This document shows positions 9,716 through 18,388 of a stretch of DNA of 64,000 nucleotides, in pieces. Each line of letters opens with the position of its first letter. The stretch's first letter is position 1. Both the position numbers and the translations under genes were made by a program. The stretch is taken from contig DANJ01000014.1 in the NCBI GenBank assembly GCA_002497285.1, positions 34,089 to 98,088 of the forward strand. Reading direction: 5' to 3'. The notes under the pieces are model-generated. The model did not search any database. It saw nothing but the letters and a program-made list of their open reading frames with translations, and had not been told where the DNA came from. The DNA is from Candidatus Pacearchaeota archaeon UBA92. Lineage in GTDB: Archaea > Nanobdellota > Nanobdellia > Pacearchaeales > GW2011-AR1.

Positions 9716-11908
9716 CTATCTCTTTGCTCTCTTTGAACGAGATTTCAAAAGCCATAGGATGGCAAAGAAGATTATCACAAGAACTACCGCCAAAACGGAC
9801 AAGACAAATGAAGGCAGCTTTTCAGGTTCAACTGGAATGTCGAAAAATCCTTCAGAGGTTTTATCTGTCGGAATCTTTTCATTTATAGATTTTATAGTCA
9901 AAACCGCAGACAATTTAGAAGCAGCTATCTCATTCACTTCAACCTGCAAATCATAATAACCATCGACATCCATGTCAAATTTCCCAGTATTTCCAAGGAA
10001 AATTTCCTCTGTTATAGGCTCCGAAGAAACAGTCACAACCACAGAATTATTATTTATATCATCCAGCACCAATGAGTGCAGTTCATTGTTTAATAAAAAT
10101 TTCAAACTCCATTTCTTGAAGAAAGTTCTCTTGTATCCATCTTTCAAATTATCAGGAGTCAAAGAAATAATTGCAGCACTCCCTGAAGAGCCTGTAGATG
10201 CCGTAGCAGCAGAAGTCGTATAAGATATTGAAATTGTATTGCTACCTGAAGCCTGCTCCAAGCCAGTAACATTAAGATTAACAATTGAGTTTGAACACTC
10301 ATATTCTCCCGTTAAGTAGGTCTTTGAATAATTTCCACTGTGAGATGAATAAGATATTGACTGAATAGTCATGCATGAATCCGTATTGAATAAAACACTA
10401 ATATTAACTATACCTGTCAGGTTTGATGCAATATTCTTGCTCGTTGTTGAAACCGAAGAAAACCAGATAGGAGTATTATTTCTATTTGCTCCCTCAGTTA
10501 AATTGAACCAGTTTAAAACAAAAATACCTCTTCCAGGATTTAAAGTAAAATTGATATTAAGATCATTGCTAAAGAGATTACCACTCCCAATGACTGAATA
10601 ATTATCGAGGTAGAGCAAAGCATTGGTAAGATTATACACTTGGACATAGCTTTTTAATAATCCCGTGTTATTAAACAGCAATCCGGGATTATCCAAAGAA
10701 GTGTTACTCACTTTATAACTATCAGCAATCCAATCTATTCCATTTCGGCTGGAATTTTGGTTCGCTAGCCCTTTTACAATCTGGTTCCACATATAAGTCG
10801 CAAACTCCAATGCTCCCGCTTTGCTTGGATGTATTCCATCAATAGTATAAGTATTGTTCCAAGAGGTATAAGTTCCATTTGTATCATTGACAATACTTCT
10901 TAACTTAATCATTCCAATTTCAACATTGGCTATTGAAGTATTAACAGTAAGATTAACTAAGTCTGCTTCCAATGCAATTTTCTTATCTTCAGAATTGCTG
11001 GTATCATATTGAGAAACTAAAATAAAGTATAGTCTATCTGAAGAGTATCCAGCAGTATTATAGGCATCCCTATATCTTGTTATAATATTATAAATATTTC
11101 GAGAATAATTTTGTTTGCACCATTCTACATCATCTCCTCGTTCACACATAGTCCATGCATCAAAGAAGGTCAATGCAATTTTATCTTTTTTTATTAAACC
11201 TTCTTTTCCTGACCAAGGAACTAACACTCTACAAGTAGAATTATAACCCTCCGCCCAGTTTATAGTGAGATTTGTTCTTGTTAGAACATTTGTGATATAT
11301 GCCGTTGTATCAAACGAATCTCCCAAATAAGGATACCATAATTCTTTATGAATTTCTTTTCCATTAGCATATATATCAAATTGAACCTTACAAAATTCGC
11401 AATAATTATTGGTTACACTCTGTGGGACATCCAAATAACAATTATTTTCCGAATCTAAATAAACATCAGACCAAACTTTATCTGTATAAATTTGACAGCT
11501 AGTGTTAAGAAGAATATCTGTTTCTAAATTAAATCCAGAAGGCTCGTTTTGATATAGTGTGTTTTTTTGAAGTGTTGCTTTTTTTGGAGGAAGACCACAA
11601 AAAGTATAGGTAACTGCTAGGTTGTTAATATCTTTATCACCTACATTTTTGATACTAAATGGGATAATTGTTGCATTGTCTTTTACAATTGGGCTAAAAG
11701 AGGGATCAACACTCACATCGATTGTTCCAAACCAAACTGGAAAAATATTAAATTTTTGTATAATCTTGCTTTCATGTAAGAAAGCCCCTCCAAAAAACGA
11801 GATATAAAATAATAAAATGACTAATAAAATATAAATTAATGGTCTCTTTTTCAACTTAGTTTTAGTGCTTTCAATTTTCCTCTCAATTGTTTCTATATCG
11901 GCAACCAT
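9716..11908 (-). CDS. Membrane-anchored surface protein with an SGNH-hydrolase-like segment
   Basis: N-terminal and C-terminal TM helices with a basic tail; LGDSF and DGIHP motifs; many N-x-S/T sequons. Probable start is ATG 11908. Confidence 0.6.
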   Translation of the reverse strand: MVADIETIERKIESTKTKLKKRPLIYILLVILLFYISFFGGAFLHESKIIQKFNIFPVWFGTIDVSVDPSFSPIVKDNATIIPFSIKNVGDKDINNLAVTYTFCGLPPKKATLQKNTLYQNEPSGFNLETDILLNTSCQIYTDKVWSDVYLDSENNCYLDVPQSVTNNYCEFCKVQFDIYANGKEIHKELWYPYLGDSFDTTAYITNVLTRTNLTINWAEGYNSTCRVLVPWSGKEGLIKKDKIALTFFDAWTMCERGDDVEWCKQNYSRNIYNIITRYRDAYNTAGYSSDRLYFILVSQYDTSNSEDKKIALEADLVNLTVNTSIANVEIGMIKLRSIVNDTNGTYTSWNNTYTIDGIHPSKAGALEFATYMWNQIVKGLANQNSSRNGIDWIADSYKVSNTSLDNPGLLFNNTGLLKSYVQVYNLTNALLYLDNYSVIGSGNLFSNDLNINFTLNPGRGIFVLNWFNLTEGANRNNTPIWFSSVSTTSKNIASNLTGIVNISVLFNTDSCMTIQSISYSSHSGNYSKTYLTGEYECSNSIVNLNVTGLEQASGSNTISISYTTSAATASTGSSGSAAIISLTPDNLKDGYKRTFFKKWSLKFLLNNELHSLVLDDINNNSVVVTVSSEPITEEIFLGNTGKFDMDVDGYYDLQVEVNEIAASKLSAVLTIKSINEKIPTDKTSEGFFDIPVEPEKLPSFVLSVLAVVLVIIFFAILWLLKSRSKRAKR

Positions 11909-11965
11909 CTTATAGCTTATTAACCGCACTTTTTAGAGTTATCTTTTAGGGAGGGGATACGGATT

Positions 11966-11990
11966 AGATATCTTTTTAAAAAGCATATCT
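11966..11990. promoter_or_regulatory. Imperfect palindrome overlapping the TATA box of the defence operon
   Basis: AGATATCTTTTTAAAAAG-C-ATATCT, with TTTAAA about 25 nt upstream of ATG 12002, in a divergent intergenic region. Confidence 0.45.
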
Positions 11991-12001
11991 CTAGGATAAA
12001 T

Positions 12002-13519
12002 ATGGGAACTGGCAACTCAGGAGAACGTCAAAAAATTCTAACTAAATCGAAGTATCTCAATGGGTTGCAGTGTTTAAAGTATCTATGGATTGCAGTTAAT
12101 GATCCTAAAAGAATACCTGCACCAGATGAGCAAGACGAGTTTAGATTTGATGAGGGGCATATTGTTGGGGAATATTCAAAAAAGCTTTTTCCTGATGGCA
12201 TTGATTTGCCTAGCTCACCTGCTGATTTTAGTAAGAACTTAGAAGAAACCCAGAAGTCGCTGGCTATTAGAAAGCCATTATTTGAAGCAGGATTCTTAAA
12301 AGAAAGAGTTTATTCTAGGGCAGATATTCTTGACCCAGTTAAAGGCTCTAAAGACATGTGGGATATTATAGAAGTTAAGAGTTCAACAGAAGTCAAAGAT
12401 GTTCATATTCAAGATGTAGCCTTTCAAAAGTTTTGTTACGAAAAAGCAGGATTAAAAATAAATAAATGTTTTCTTATGCATATTAATAAAGAATATGCTA
12501 AGAAGGGAAATATTAAGGTAGACCAGTTATTTGTTAAAGAAGATATAAGCGAGAAAATTGAAGAAGAGATATCTAACATTCCTGATCGATTAGGTCAAAT
12601 GTTTAAAGTAATGGATTGTAGTGAAGAACCTAAAAGTAAGATAGGGGAGTTTTGTAAAGACCCTTATGACTGTCCAATAAAAAGTGAATGTTGGGGTTTT
12701 CTTCCAGAGAATAGCGTGTTTAATCTTTATAGGGGTGGAAAGAGATCACTTGATTTATTTGAAAAAGGGATTTTGGCAATAAGAGACATTCCAGAAGATT
12801 ACGAGTTGGGAGATAAACAAAAAATCCAGCATTTTTGTGCTAAAACCGATAAACCTCATATAAACAAGGAAGCAATAAAATCTTTCATAAAGAGATTAAA
12901 ATATCCCTTATATTTCCTAGATTTTGAAACCTATCAAACGGTAATCCCCTTGTATGATGGATTGAAACCCTATCAGCAGATACCCTTTCAGTTTTCTTTA
13001 CATATAGTTGATAAAAAAGGAAATAAAAAGCATTACTCATTTGTTGCTGAAGGAAATACAGATCCACGACCTGAGTTTTTTAAACAACTAAAAAAGAAGT
13101 TAGCAAAAAAAGGGAGTATAATTGTTTACAACCAGAGTTTTGAGCAAGGAAGACTAAAAGAATTAGCAGAGCTATTCCCAAAAGAAAAGAAAACTGTAGA
13201 AGAATACATAAAAAGAATGGCTGACTTGTTAGTTCCATTTAGAAATTTCGATTATTATGATTGTAAACAACAAGGGAGTGCAAGTATAAAACATGTTCTT
13301 CCAGCATTAACAAAAGTTACATATAACGGAATGGATATCGCAAACGGCGGTCAAGCATCATTAAGGTATTTGTTTATTACTCACGGATCCAATGATGGAA
13401 AGAAAGCAACAAAAGAAGAGATAAAAAAAGTAAGAGAAGATTTAGAAAAATATTGTTGTCTTGATACTGAAGCTATGATAATGGTTATGAATAAATTAAA
13501 AGAAGTTACAAAAAAATGA
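12002..13519 (+). CDS. DUF2779-type protein: PD-(D/E)XK nuclease with Cys cluster plus RNase H-like/DEDD domain
   Basis: LTKSKYLNGLQC, RADIL...IEVKS, CKDPYDCPIKSEC, FLDFET, PYQQIPFQFSLH and YCCLDT motifs. Confidence 0.85.
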   Translation: MGTGNSGERQKILTKSKYLNGLQCLKYLWIAVNDPKRIPAPDEQDEFRFDEGHIVGEYSKKLFPDGIDLPSSPADFSKNLEETQKSLAIRKPLFEAGFLKERVYSRADILDPVKGSKDMWDIIEVKSSTEVKDVHIQDVAFQKFCYEKAGLKINKCFLMHINKEYAKKGNIKVDQLFVKEDISEKIEEEISNIPDRLGQMFKVMDCSEEPKSKIGEFCKDPYDCPIKSECWGFLPENSVFNLYRGGKRSLDLFEKGILAIRDIPEDYELGDKQKIQHFCAKTDKPHINKEAIKSFIKRLKYPLYFLDFETYQTVIPLYDGLKPYQQIPFQFSLHIVDKKGNKKHYSFVAEGNTDPRPEFFKQLKKKLAKKGSIIVYNQSFEQGRLKELAELFPKEKKTVEEYIKRMADLLVPFRNFDYYDCKQQGSASIKHVLPALTKVTYNGMDIANGGQASLRYLFITHGSNDGKKATKEEIKKVREDLEKYCCLDTEAMIMVMNKLKEVTKK

Positions 13520-16431
13520 AATCTCAAAAGCATTCAAAACTAATTCTGAAAGAAAAAAATACCCATTCAAATCTAACGGATTACCATGCAAAATATTATG
13601 CAAATGAATTAACAAAAAGAAATCCTTCAGATAGTATAGAAAAATTAACTACTTCGCTTGCTGATGCCCAAGTTGATTTAAATCCTCATCAAATTGATGC
13701 TGCACTTTTTGCATTCAAATCGCCTCTTTCTAAAGGAGTTATATTAGCGGATGAGGTTGGTTTAGGAAAAACAATCGAAGCAGGAATAGTATTATCTCAA
13801 AAATGGGCAGAGAGCAAAAGAAAAATATTAATTATAGTCCCTTCAAATTTAAGAAAGCAATGGAATCAAGAATTATTAGAGAAGTTTTTCTTAGAATCTC
13901 TAATTTTAGAAACAAAATCTTTTAATGAGATAAATGAGAAAATTAAAATCGGAAATCCATTTGAGCAGAACAAGATAGTTATTTGCTCTTATCATTTTGC
14001 AAGAATTAAAGAGGAATTTATCAAATCGATTAATTGGGATTTGATTATTATTGATGAAGCCCATAGATTAAGGAATGTTTATAAAAAAGGAAATAAGATT
14101 GCCAAGTCAATCAAAGAGTCAACAAAACATGCTCCAAAAATCCTACTTACTGCCACACCTTTACAAAATTCTTTATTAGAACTATATGGATTAGTGGGAT
14201 TTATTGATGATCATATCTTTGGAGATTTAGAAAGTTTTAAAGAACAATTTGTATGGGGGACTGAAGGGAATGGAGTTAATTTTGATGATTTGAAAAAAAG
14301 ATTGAGCCCAATCTGTCAGAGGACATTGAGAAAACAAGTTTTAGAATACATAAAATATACCAATAGACTCGCACTTACTCAAGATTTTATTCCAAATAAA
14401 GAGGAGCAAGAACTTTATAAAAAAGTATCAGATTACTTACAAAAAGAAGACCTTTTTGCATTACCTTCTGGTCAAAGACATTTAATGACTCTGATAATGA
14501 GAAAATTACTGGCATCTTCGACCTTTGCAATTGCGGGAACATTAAGATCTCTTACAAAAAGATTAAAAAAAGTTGTTGAAGCTGGTTCCTTTGAAGAAGT
14601 GGGTAGTTTGTTTAGGGGAGAATATGAGGGGCTAGACGAATTAAGTGAAGAATGGAATGATGAGGACGAACCAGAGAAAAAACAATTAACTCTTTCTGAA
14701 AAAGAACAACTTAAAAGAGAAATAAAAGAGCTGGAAGATTTTAGTAATCTTGCTGAATCCATAAAATCAAATGCAAAAGGAGAAGTTATGCAGACGGCAC
14801 TTGCAGAAGGTTTTTCAAAATTAAAAGAACTTAAAGCTCCAGAAAAAGCATTGATATTTACTGAATTTAGAAGAACCCAAGAATATCTTTATGAAATACT
14901 TTCAAAAACGGAGTATAAAGATAAAATAGTTCTATTTAATGGAACAAACAATGATGAGCTCTCGCAAAGGATATATCGAGAATGGTTAGATAAAAACCGA
15001 GGCACAGATAAATTTACAGGCTCTAAATCTGCTGATCTAAGATCTGCACTAGTTGAATATTTTAGAGATGAAGCTAAAATAATGATCGCTACCGAAGCTG
15101 CAGCAGAAGGCATCAATCTACAGTTCTGTTCATTAGTTGTTAATTACGATCTGCCTTGGAATCCTCAAAGAATAGAACAAAGAATAGGAAGATGTCATAG
15201 ATATGGGCAGAATCATGATGTCGTCGTTATCAACTTTTTGAATAAAAAAAATGAAGCAGACCAGAGAATTTTCCAATTACTTTCTGAGAAGTTTAAATTA
15301 TTTGATGGAGTTTTTGGTGCAAGCGATGAAGTTTTAGGAGCAATTGAATCGGGAGTAGATTTTGAAAAAAGAATAAGTCAGATTTATCAAGAATGTAGAG
15401 GTGCAGAAGAAATAAATAAATCATTTGATAATTTGCAGAAAGAATTAGAGTCACAGATTGAGGAAGGAATGAAAGTTACTCGTAAAAAGCTTTTAGAAAA
15501 TTTTGATGAGGCTGTTCACGAAAGGTTAAAAATAAGTTTAGACCAAAGCAAACAATATCTCAATAGATTTGAACAGTGGTTATGGAGTCTTACTAAATAT
15601 GGTCTTAATGACTCTGCAACATTCAATGACTCTGATTTTTCATTTGATTTGAAAAAATCTCCCTTTAGTGAAATAAACATTTCAACTGGGAGATATAAGC
15701 TAGGTAGAAAAGTTGAAGATGCCCACATTTATCGTATAGGACATCCGATCGCCCAGAGATTATTAGAGAGATTTAAATCTAAAAATCTTCAAGATAGGGA
15801 ATTAGTTTTTGACTTTTCAAACTATGGAAAGAAGATTAGTGTTTTGAATAACCTGCAGAAGAAGAAAGGAGAATTAATATTATGGAAATTAATTGTAGAC
15901 TCATTTGAAAGCGAAGACTATCTTATATTTACCGCTTTAACAGATAAAAAGGAAATTTTGGAAGAAGAGCAATGTAAGAGATTATTTAGTTTGCCTGCAA
16001 ATATGGGTGATGTTTCCAAGAGCTTAGAAATGGAATCAAATTTAAGATCTGAATTTGAAAAGAAAAAGGTTAAGCTCATATCTGAAATTGCAGGAAAAAA
16101 CAGTGTCTTCTTCGATGAGGAAATGGAGAAGTTAGATAAATGGGCGGAGGACAGGAAAAGAACATTAAAAAATAGCTTAAAAGAGCTTGATGAAAAGATA
16201 CAAATCCTAAAAAAAGATATTAGAGTAACCACTAATCTTCAAGATAAACTTAAAAAGCAGAAAGAAATTAGGAGTTTAGATAAAAAGAGGGATGAATCTT
16301 GGAAAGAATATGACCAAGAAGCCCAAAGGATAAACGTTAAAAAGGACGGATTGATTGATAATATTGAAGCGAGAATGGAGCAAAAGATAAAGGTCGAAAA
16401 GCTCTTCTCGATCAAATGGAGTGTTAAATAA
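13516..16431 (+). CDS. SNF2-family (RapA/HepA-like) helicase
   Basis: LADEVGLGKT, DEAH, TATP, EGINLQ and WNPQRIEQRIGRCHR motifs; C-terminal coiled coil. Confidence 0.92.
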   Translation: MKSQKHSKLILKEKNTHSNLTDYHAKYYANELTKRNPSDSIEKLTTSLADAQVDLNPHQIDAALFAFKSPLSKGVILADEVGLGKTIEAGIVLSQKWAESKRKILIIVPSNLRKQWNQELLEKFFLESLILETKSFNEINEKIKIGNPFEQNKIVICSYHFARIKEEFIKSINWDLIIIDEAHRLRNVYKKGNKIAKSIKESTKHAPKILLTATPLQNSLLELYGLVGFIDDHIFGDLESFKEQFVWGTEGNGVNFDDLKKRLSPICQRTLRKQVLEYIKYTNRLALTQDFIPNKEEQELYKKVSDYLQKEDLFALPSGQRHLMTLIMRKLLASSTFAIAGTLRSLTKRLKKVVEAGSFEEVGSLFRGEYEGLDELSEEWNDEDEPEKKQLTLSEKEQLKREIKELEDFSNLAESIKSNAKGEVMQTALAEGFSKLKELKAPEKALIFTEFRRTQEYLYEILSKTEYKDKIVLFNGTNNDELSQRIYREWLDKNRGTDKFTGSKSADLRSALVEYFRDEAKIMIATEAAAEGINLQFCSLVVNYDLPWNPQRIEQRIGRCHRYGQNHDVVVINFLNKKNEADQRIFQLLSEKFKLFDGVFGASDEVLGAIESGVDFEKRISQIYQECRGAEEINKSFDNLQKELESQIEEGMKVTRKKLLENFDEAVHERLKISLDQSKQYLNRFEQWLWSLTKYGLNDSATFNDSDFSFDLKKSPFSEINISTGRYKLGRKVEDAHIYRIGHPIAQRLLERFKSKNLQDRELVFDFSNYGKKISVLNNLQKKKGELILWKLIVDSFESEDYLIFTALTDKKEILEEEQCKRLFSLPANMGDVSKSLEMESNLRSEFEKKKVKLISEIAGKNSVFFDEEMEKLDKWAEDRKRTLKNSLKELDEKIQILKKDIRVTTNLQDKLKKQKEIRSLDKKRDESWKEYDQEAQRINVKKDGLIDNIEARMEQKIKVEKLFSIKWSVK

Positions 16432-16433
16432 AA

Positions 16434-18377
16434 ATGGCAAAGAAGGAAACTAAAATTGAAAGAGTTGATTTGAAATCTAGGGATATTGTTGCTAATCAGA
16501 AAGAAAAGCTTAGACAATTGTTCCCAGAAATATTCTCTGAAGATAAAGTTAATTTTGAAAAACTAAAAAAGACATTAGGTGAAAATGTTGATGAATCTCA
16601 GGAAAGATATGAAATGACTTGGGCAGGAAAGACTAACTGTTTTAAAATTATACAAGAATCTTCATTAGGAACATTAAAACCTATTGAAAAGGAGTCGATT
16701 AATTGGGGCGAAACACAGAATTTGTTTATTGAAGGAGATAATTTAGAAGTTCTTAAACTTCTTCAAAAATCCTATAATGAAAAGATAAAAATGATTTACA
16801 TTGATCCTCCTTATAATACGGGTCATGATTTTGTGTATAAAGATAAATTCGGACAACAATTAGATGATTATCTAAAACTAACTGGACAAGTAGATGAAGA
16901 GGGTAAAGCCTTATCTACAAATACTGATGCAGATGGAAGGTATCATAGTAATTGGATGAATATGATGTATCCGAGATTATTTCTTGCAAGAAATCTTTTA
17001 AAAGAAGAAGGCGTGATTTTCATTTCTATTGATGATAATGAGGTAGATAATTTAAAGAAGGTTTGTAACGAAATATTTGGAGAGGAAAATCTTGTTGCTC
17101 AATTAGTTTGGAAGAAGAAAGCGGGAGGAGGAAACGATACTAAATATTTTGCTATTGATCATGAGTATATTTTATGTTATGCAAAGAATATAATCTCTAT
17201 GGGAAGATTATGGATAGGATTAACTGAAGAACAAAGAAGTAAATATGTTCTAAAAGATGAATTTTTTGATGAAAGAGGACCATACCAATTAAAAAATCTT
17301 TATCAAGGATCTATTGCAGAAGATCGTCCCAACTTAAAGTATCCAATAACTTGCCCTGATGGTTCTAAACTGCATAAGAAAAAGGATGGGGGACTTTATA
17401 GATGGAGATGGGAAGAGTCTCGGTTTTTGGAAGGTGTAAAAGATAGTAAAATAGAATTTAAAAAAATAAATGGAGAATGGCAGGTTTTTACTAAGCAATA
17501 TCTTTATGATGGAGAAGATGGAGATGAAAGAATGACTAAACCTAGATCAATTTTATTGAAGGAAGGAATGACTCGAGATGGTAAAGAAGAATTAAAATCT
17601 TTGTTTGATAAACCTCCTTTTGATTTTCCAAAACCTACAAAATTGATAAAGCATCTCATGAGTATAATGACTAATTCAGATTCAGATGAAATAATCTTAG
17701 ACTTTTTTGCTGGTTCTGGAACAACTGCTCATGCAGTTTTAGAGTTAAATAAGGAGGAGAACGGGAGGAGAAAGTTTATTCTTGTTCAATTACCCGAGCC
17801 AACCAACGAGGACTCAGAAGCCTTCAAGACAGGATATAAACATATAGCCCATATCTCTCAAGAAAGAATAAAGAGAGTAATTAAGAGAATTAAAGAAGAA
17901 CAAAAAGAAGCTGGAAAGCAAAAGAAAATTGGAGAAGAAAATAAAACAAATAACCTCGATTTAGGATTTAAGGTATTCCAATTAGATAAATCCAACTTTA
18001 AGATTTGGGATGCACAAACAAGAGATATTCAGACTGCCTTGAATGAACATATAAATCCGATAAGAAAAGAAAGTTCGCAAGAAGATGTCCTTTATGAACT
18101 GATACTAAAATCAGGATTATCTTTAACAACAGATATTAAAGAGATAAAAGTTGGCAATAAAAAATTGTTTTCTATTGAGGATGGAATGCTCCTAATTTGT
18201 TTAGAGAAAGAGCTAACTTCTGAATTAATAAAGAAAATTGCAGAAATGAAACCTGCGAGATTTTACTGTTTAGATGATGGATTTAAAGGAAATGATCAAC
18301 TAAAAGCCAACGCTGTTGAAATCTTTAAGAATGTTGAAACTGTTGATGGAGAAAAAATTGTCTTCAGAACAGTTTAA
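16434..18377 (+). CDS. mod: Type III restriction-modification methyltransferase (Mod)
   Basis: IEGDNL, YIDPPYNTG, FDFPKP and DFFAGSGTT (beta-class amino-MTase order); directly upstream of res. Confidence 0.94.
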   Translation: MAKKETKIERVDLKSRDIVANQKEKLRQLFPEIFSEDKVNFEKLKKTLGENVDESQERYEMTWAGKTNCFKIIQESSLGTLKPIEKESINWGETQNLFIEGDNLEVLKLLQKSYNEKIKMIYIDPPYNTGHDFVYKDKFGQQLDDYLKLTGQVDEEGKALSTNTDADGRYHSNWMNMMYPRLFLARNLLKEEGVIFISIDDNEVDNLKKVCNEIFGEENLVAQLVWKKKAGGGNDTKYFAIDHEYILCYAKNIISMGRLWIGLTEEQRSKYVLKDEFFDERGPYQLKNLYQGSIAEDRPNLKYPITCPDGSKLHKKKDGGLYRWRWEESRFLEGVKDSKIEFKKINGEWQVFTKQYLYDGEDGDERMTKPRSILLKEGMTRDGKEELKSLFDKPPFDFPKPTKLIKHLMSIMTNSDSDEIILDFFAGSGTTAHAVLELNKEENGRRKFILVQLPEPTNEDSEAFKTGYKHIAHISQERIKRVIKRIKEEQKEAGKQKKIGEENKTNNLDLGFKVFQLDKSNFKIWDAQTRDIQTALNEHINPIRKESSQEDVLYELILKSGLSLTTDIKEIKVGNKKLFSIEDGMLLICLEKELTSELIKKIAEMKPARFYCLDDGFKGNDQLKANAVEIFKNVETVDGEKIVFRTV

Positions 18378-18388
18378 GGAGAAAAAAT

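Noticed and set aside
12002-13519. Cas4 / CRISPR adaptation gene
   Set aside because: Cas4-like Cys and nuclease motifs are present, but no cas1/cas2 or repeat-spacer array is seen in the window; the architecture fits DUF2779.
13516-18377. DISARM or BREX call for the SNF2 + methyltransferase pair
   Set aside because: No DrmA/DrmB/DrmC or PglZ/BrxC genes are present, and the MTase is followed by a canonical type III Res.
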